DNA of 64,000 bases from a virus. Lineage: Duplodnaviria > Caudoviricetes. The stretch is taken from the IMG/VR virus record IMGVR_UViG_3300001528_000580, positions 288,001-352,000 of that record. One strand, written 5' to 3'. Made by a program: the position numbers and the translations under genes. The notes below the pieces were generated by a model that was not told the DNA's origin, made no database searches, and worked only from the letters and a program-made list of their open reading frames with translations. Shown piece after piece: positions 60,273 through 64,000 of the stretch (the first letter of the stretch is position 1; each line of letters begins with the position of its first letter).

Positions 60273-61878
60273 AAGTCACCTCAATACTTTCATCTTCACT
60301 TTTAGTAAAACTATTATCTCCCAATAATGTTCTACTAAATAAATTAGTACAATCATTTTTATCAATTGGCTTAATATTTGTCCATCCACCTGTACTATCT
60401 TTTATATATGAATCTCCATAAAATAAACCTATTTCAGTAAATTCAGTACCATTACCTATATCAAAATCCATGTATGATTTCCAACTTGCAATTGTATCTT
60501 CATCTGTTGAATGCCACCTCTGTACATCTAAATATACTTCTGGATTTTCTAAATTATCATTATTAATATCAACTACACTTGTTCCAGAGCCTAAAGCGAT
60601 AACTTGTGGTGTTTGTGGTGCAAAATTAGGAACTAAAAAATTAAACTTTTTTATTTGAATAACATTATCAGTTAATAACTTTTTGTAAAAACTAAAATTA
60701 GTAGCATTTTTAAATACATATGGATAAAATATGAAATAATGTTTACTAATGCCATCTGCATAATCATTTATCCAAAATGTATTTTTACCAGAAAAATTAC
60801 TTGAATTATCAGATTCATACTTTTCAACAGGTGAGCCACCCCACGGTAAACAGATATATTTATCCCATGTTTTTCCACCATCAATAGAAAAACTACCATT
60901 TCCAAAAATATTTTGTTCATCGAAATTATTTTTAGAACTATTAACAGAATTTTGAGCATAAGTATAATCAAGATATAATCCACATATGCCATATTTTATA
61001 TCATCAGTAATAATATGAACTTGATATTCAACAATTACATCAGTAGTTCTATTTACAAAATAATTATTTTTAAATATAATTGTTCTACTATCTTTATTAA
61101 AAATATAATCATTAATCGGATCTAATTTTACATATTGTGTCCCATTATAATATTTAACTATGACACTTAAACATTTTTCAGATTTCAATACATTAGAATC
61201 ATCAGGAAGTCTACCAATACCAGAAGATAAAAAATTACTTTCTTCATTGATCGGAAAATATTTAAATATAATATCTTTCTTTTCAACATTACCTGCATTA
61301 TTTAATATATGACCATCCCACAATTCATATGCAATATCAATTCCTTTTACAACAATTTTTTGTTTACAAAAAACTTTATTTATATCAATATTATGCCAAT
61401 TATGCAATTTATTAGAACTAGTAGAACCAGTCTTCCAAATTGTAGAAAATCTACTATTAGAACTTAAAATTTTATCAGTTGATTCAGAATCATATCCATT
61501 TATAGATTCATCATAATTATTAAACCAAATATAGCTATCAGTATAATTATTATATTTAAAAGGGCTTTTCAATACCCCACTATTAAAAAATGATGATGAT
61601 ACTGACCATTCATTAGAAGAATCAAATAATAATTCACAATTTCCAGATGAATTAGTCGTTAAACCATTACTGAAAACAGGCTTAATATTAAAAGGTGATA
61701 AATCTAATGACTTTAATCCATATAAATTATCAAAACTAGTAGTTGATGATGATTCTGACCATAATTCTAATATTCTTTTTCTACCAAGATTTGTAATAGT
61801 ATTAAATTTTTCAAATTTATCTACTATTTCATTATTTTTATTTCTCTTTATAAAAGAATATTTGCCTATTATCTTCAT
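60253..61878 (-). CDS. tail fibre/collar-like paralog 5
   Basis: NTITNLG; IALGSG; GNG.EF.EIGLF; LFSR; KSEDE. Confidence 0.6.
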   Translation of the reverse strand: MKIIGKYSFIKRNKNNEIVDKFEKFNTITNLGRKRILELWSESSSTTSFDNLYGLKSLDLSPFNIKPVFSNGLTTNSSGNCELLFDSSNEWSVSSSFFNSGVLKSPFKYNNYTDSYIWFNNYDESINGYDSESTDKILSSNSRFSTIWKTGSTSSNKLHNWHNIDINKVFCKQKIVVKGIDIAYELWDGHILNNAGNVEKKDIIFKYFPINEESNFLSSGIGRLPDDSNVLKSEKCLSVIVKYYNGTQYVKLDPINDYIFNKDSRTIIFKNNYFVNRTTDVIVEYQVHIITDDIKYGICGLYLDYTYAQNSVNSSKNNFDEQNIFGNGSFSIDGGKTWDKYICLPWGGSPVEKYESDNSSNFSGKNTFWINDYADGISKHYFIFYPYVFKNATNFSFYKKLLTDNVIQIKKFNFLVPNFAPQTPQVIALGSGTSVVDINNDNLENPEVYLDVQRWHSTDEDTIASWKSYMDFDIGNGTEFTEIGLFYGDSYIKDSTGGWTNIKPIDKNDCTNLFSRTLLGDNSFTKSEDESIEVTYELKIT

Positions 61879-62017
61879 TTATTATCCCATCTTCATTTTC
61901 AACTATTTCTTTTTTTATAACATCGTTATTTATAGAAAAATTATTAATTTTTTTATCATCACTTTTTTTGATTTTCTTTATAGTAACTCTATCTTGAATA
62001 CTAAATCCATCTTTCAT
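61838..62017 (-). CDS. 59-aa hypothetical protein
   Basis: MKDGFSIQDRVTIKKIKK...; GAGG RBS; fills the gap between structural genes. Confidence 0.45.
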   Translation of the reverse strand: MKDGFSIQDRVTIKKIKKSDDKKINNFSINNDVIKKEIVENEDGIINEDNRQIFFYKEK

Positions 62018-62019
62018 AA

Positions 62020-64000
62020 TTATACCTCTAATTGATAGAATTTACCAGCTACTTCACAACTAAATACTTTTTTTCCTGCTGTTGTTGCTGGATAACTTTC
62101 ATTATCATATTTTCCAGTAGAAGAATTATAATTTCCACTTGTTCCACCAAGAGCTAATGCAACTCTACCATACATTATTCCTCTTGATTCTAAGTCACCA
62201 GGAAAACTATTTTTACTACGACTATTTAAAATACTTTTTGCTTCTTGTTTAGTACAAATATAACTGTTCCATGTATATTGAGTTTTAATTTCACAAGCTG
62301 TTCTACCATAAGTTTCTTGTTCAGTACCCATTTGAACATCCCACGGACGATTTATATCTAATACTTGTTTGACAGTTCCATCTTGGACAACACCTCTTGG
62401 TAAAAATTTTAATTGTCCTTGTTCAAGTGAAGCATCTCCTTCATTAACAATTTTTATATCTCCAAAAGAATAATCTGGATATTTAGTTGTTGAATCTGCA
62501 ACTAATGTTGTATCTTCAAAAGAGAAATTAGAATATCCATCATTCCCCAATCTAAAATAAGTATGATGTCTATAATCACCAAATATTCTACCTCTTGGTG
62601 TTAAACCAAATTCATAACCAGTAGCATATGTTCCATTGTTAAATTCAACTATTCCTCTATCCTTATCAACTGAAAAATATTTAGATAATCTTCCATCATA
62701 AGCAGTATAAATAACTTCGCCTGTAATTGTAGAAATTGGATATTCTGGAACAACTAAATTTGTTTTTATTCCATCTGGATTAACGCCACTTGAAACTACA
62801 TATAAATTTAAATCTACATAATCTACTAAATCATCATTTGCCAATAAAAATGTTCTTGATGGTGGAGCTTCTGTTTTTGAATATGTATAATATGTATAAT
62901 CGGCATAAACATCATTTTCTGGCTTTACATCAAATATTACTGCACCATCATCATAATCTATTTCAAGACTAGTGCTATAATAATCATAAGTCATCTTTAA
63001 AGCATCAACGGATGCACCAGTTGTTGATTTGTGAACCCAAACCAAGCCATTTTTATTATCAACATTAAAATTATCCCAATATTTAACAATTTTCTTTGAT
63101 GCTTTAATCTTAAATCCACTACCAATCGGATTTTCTGCAGCAGATGTTGAATTTGCTGCATCTGATAAAAACATGACACAAATTCTTGTACTTGGAAATG
63201 TTTCTGTTGTAAAATCACCACTTGAACCTGCATTAACAGTGCCAGTAGATAATGAAAATACACCTGTTTGAGAACCAGTATACTCTTGTAATTTTTTTAA
63301 TTGTGATGAATCTTTTAATGTATAAACACTTTGTCCCAAATTATTAACAGTAGATGTTACACAACCTTCGGCACTTGCATCATAGATTCTTACGCAATCT
63401 GGCTTATCTCCTAACATATTATTATAAGGAGGACCATATGCAGTTTGATCAAGATAAAAATGTTCAAATTCTAACTGAATATCCCCATATCCTTCATTAT
63501 CAATGATCCAATATGTTAATCCAGCATAGTTGTCATCAATATCACCATAAGAAGATACCATTGCCGGATATTTTTTACTATTTGTCCATACAGTAGAAAC
63601 TCTTCCTTCTGTATCATAAACAATTTGATTATTTGAATTCAATACAACAGCATCATATAATTGTCTATTTGCACTATTTGCACTTTCAAGAGAAATAGAT
63701 ATTGCTTTTTCTGCATCAATAGTTCCATCTGCCAATGTTGGATATGAATGTGTTGATGGATAAAATATATCTTCCCATTTTCTTACTGATTCAGCTTGTG
63801 CAGAATCGGTTCTTGATATTAATGAATCTCCATTTGTACTAGATTCATATAATGCATGATCATAACCAGTACTTAACTCTCTTAAATTCCTTTTACTTGT
63901 TTTAAATAACTTTGTATTTAAATATATAGTTTTAATTAATGGCGTTTCTGTTGTATTACCTGCCTCATCATAAAACTCAACTTGAATATTTCTGGAATAA
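62020..64000 (-). CDS. large virion-type protein containing a CUB-like domain (5' end outside window)
   Basis: Frame is open from 62020 to the window end; TYWII..IQLEF..F.L..DCVRIYD..ICVMFLSD..GSGFKI. Confidence 0.65.
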   Translation of the reverse strand, partial: YSRNIQVEFYDEAGNTTETPLIKTIYLNTKLFKTSKRNLRELSTGYDHALYESSTNGDSLISRTDSAQAESVRKWEDIFYPSTHSYPTLADGTIDAEKAISISLESANSANRQLYDAVVLNSNNQIVYDTEGRVSTVWTNSKKYPAMVSSYGDIDDNYAGLTYWIIDNEGYGDIQLEFEHFYLDQTAYGPPYNNMLGDKPDCVRIYDASAEGCVTSTVNNLGQSVYTLKDSSQLKKLQEYTGSQTGVFSLSTGTVNAGSSGDFTTETFPSTRICVMFLSDAANSTSAAENPIGSGFKIKASKKIVKYWDNFNVDNKNGLVWVHKSTTGASVDALKMTYDYYSTSLEIDYDDGAVIFDVKPENDVYADYTYYTYSKTEAPPSRTFLLANDDLVDYVDLNLYVVSSGVNPDGIKTNLVVPEYPISTITGEVIYTAYDGRLSKYFSVDKDRGIVEFNNGTYATGYEFGLTPRGRIFGDYRHHTYFRLGNDGYSNFSFEDTTLVADSTTKYPDYSFGDIKIVNEGDASLEQGQLKFLPRGVVQDGTVKQVLDINRPWDVQMGTEQETYGRTACEIKTQYTWNSYICTKQEAKSILNSRSKNSFPGDLESRGIMYGRVALALGGTSGNYNSSTGKYDNESYPATTAGKKVFSCEVAGKFYQLEV

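Noticed and set aside
55234-61878. Diversity-generating retroelement or invertase shuffling of fibre genes
   Set aside because: No reverse transcriptase, recombinase or near-identical template/variable repeat pair seen

Overview
A 64-kb slice of a very AT-rich jumbo (huge) bacteriophage genome, almost entirely encoded on the minus strand, standard genetic code. Left to right: replication/repair genes (partial RecD/Dda-like helicase, HIRAN, DnaQ-like exonuclease, 5'-3' exonuclease, DnaX, DnaE); a divergent CobT/CobS-like VWA + AAA pair; NAD salvage (NadV + NadM-Nudix); auxiliary genes (def, DpsL-like ferritin, murI, dnaJ, purA, dut, hsp20, groEL, groES); a lipoprotein-patatin-LRR unit; a Kv-like channel with an altered filter; an array of 10 tRNAs interrupted by a homing endonuclease; six clustered DNA amino-methyltransferases; a glycosyltransferase/methyltransferase cluster; Ro60/TROVE; and the start of a virion module (five paralogous fibre/collar-like genes and a CUB-like-domain protein). 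The strongest candidate for an undescribed system is a ribosome-coupled attenuator directly upstream of the tRNA array. It is a 32-codon leader ORF in which 18 of the first 20 codons are read by the array's own tRNAs, followed by mutually exclusive antiterminator and terminator hairpins. This suggests the phage senses tRNA depletion and switches on replacement tRNAs. Other highlights: a motif-less PtuA (Septu/retron)-like ATPase that may be a decoy, clamp-binding-like tails on methyltransferases, a sigma54-type promoter on the phage groES-groEL operon, and a tRNA-Val(AAC). All family assignments come from motif recognition by eye; no searches were run.
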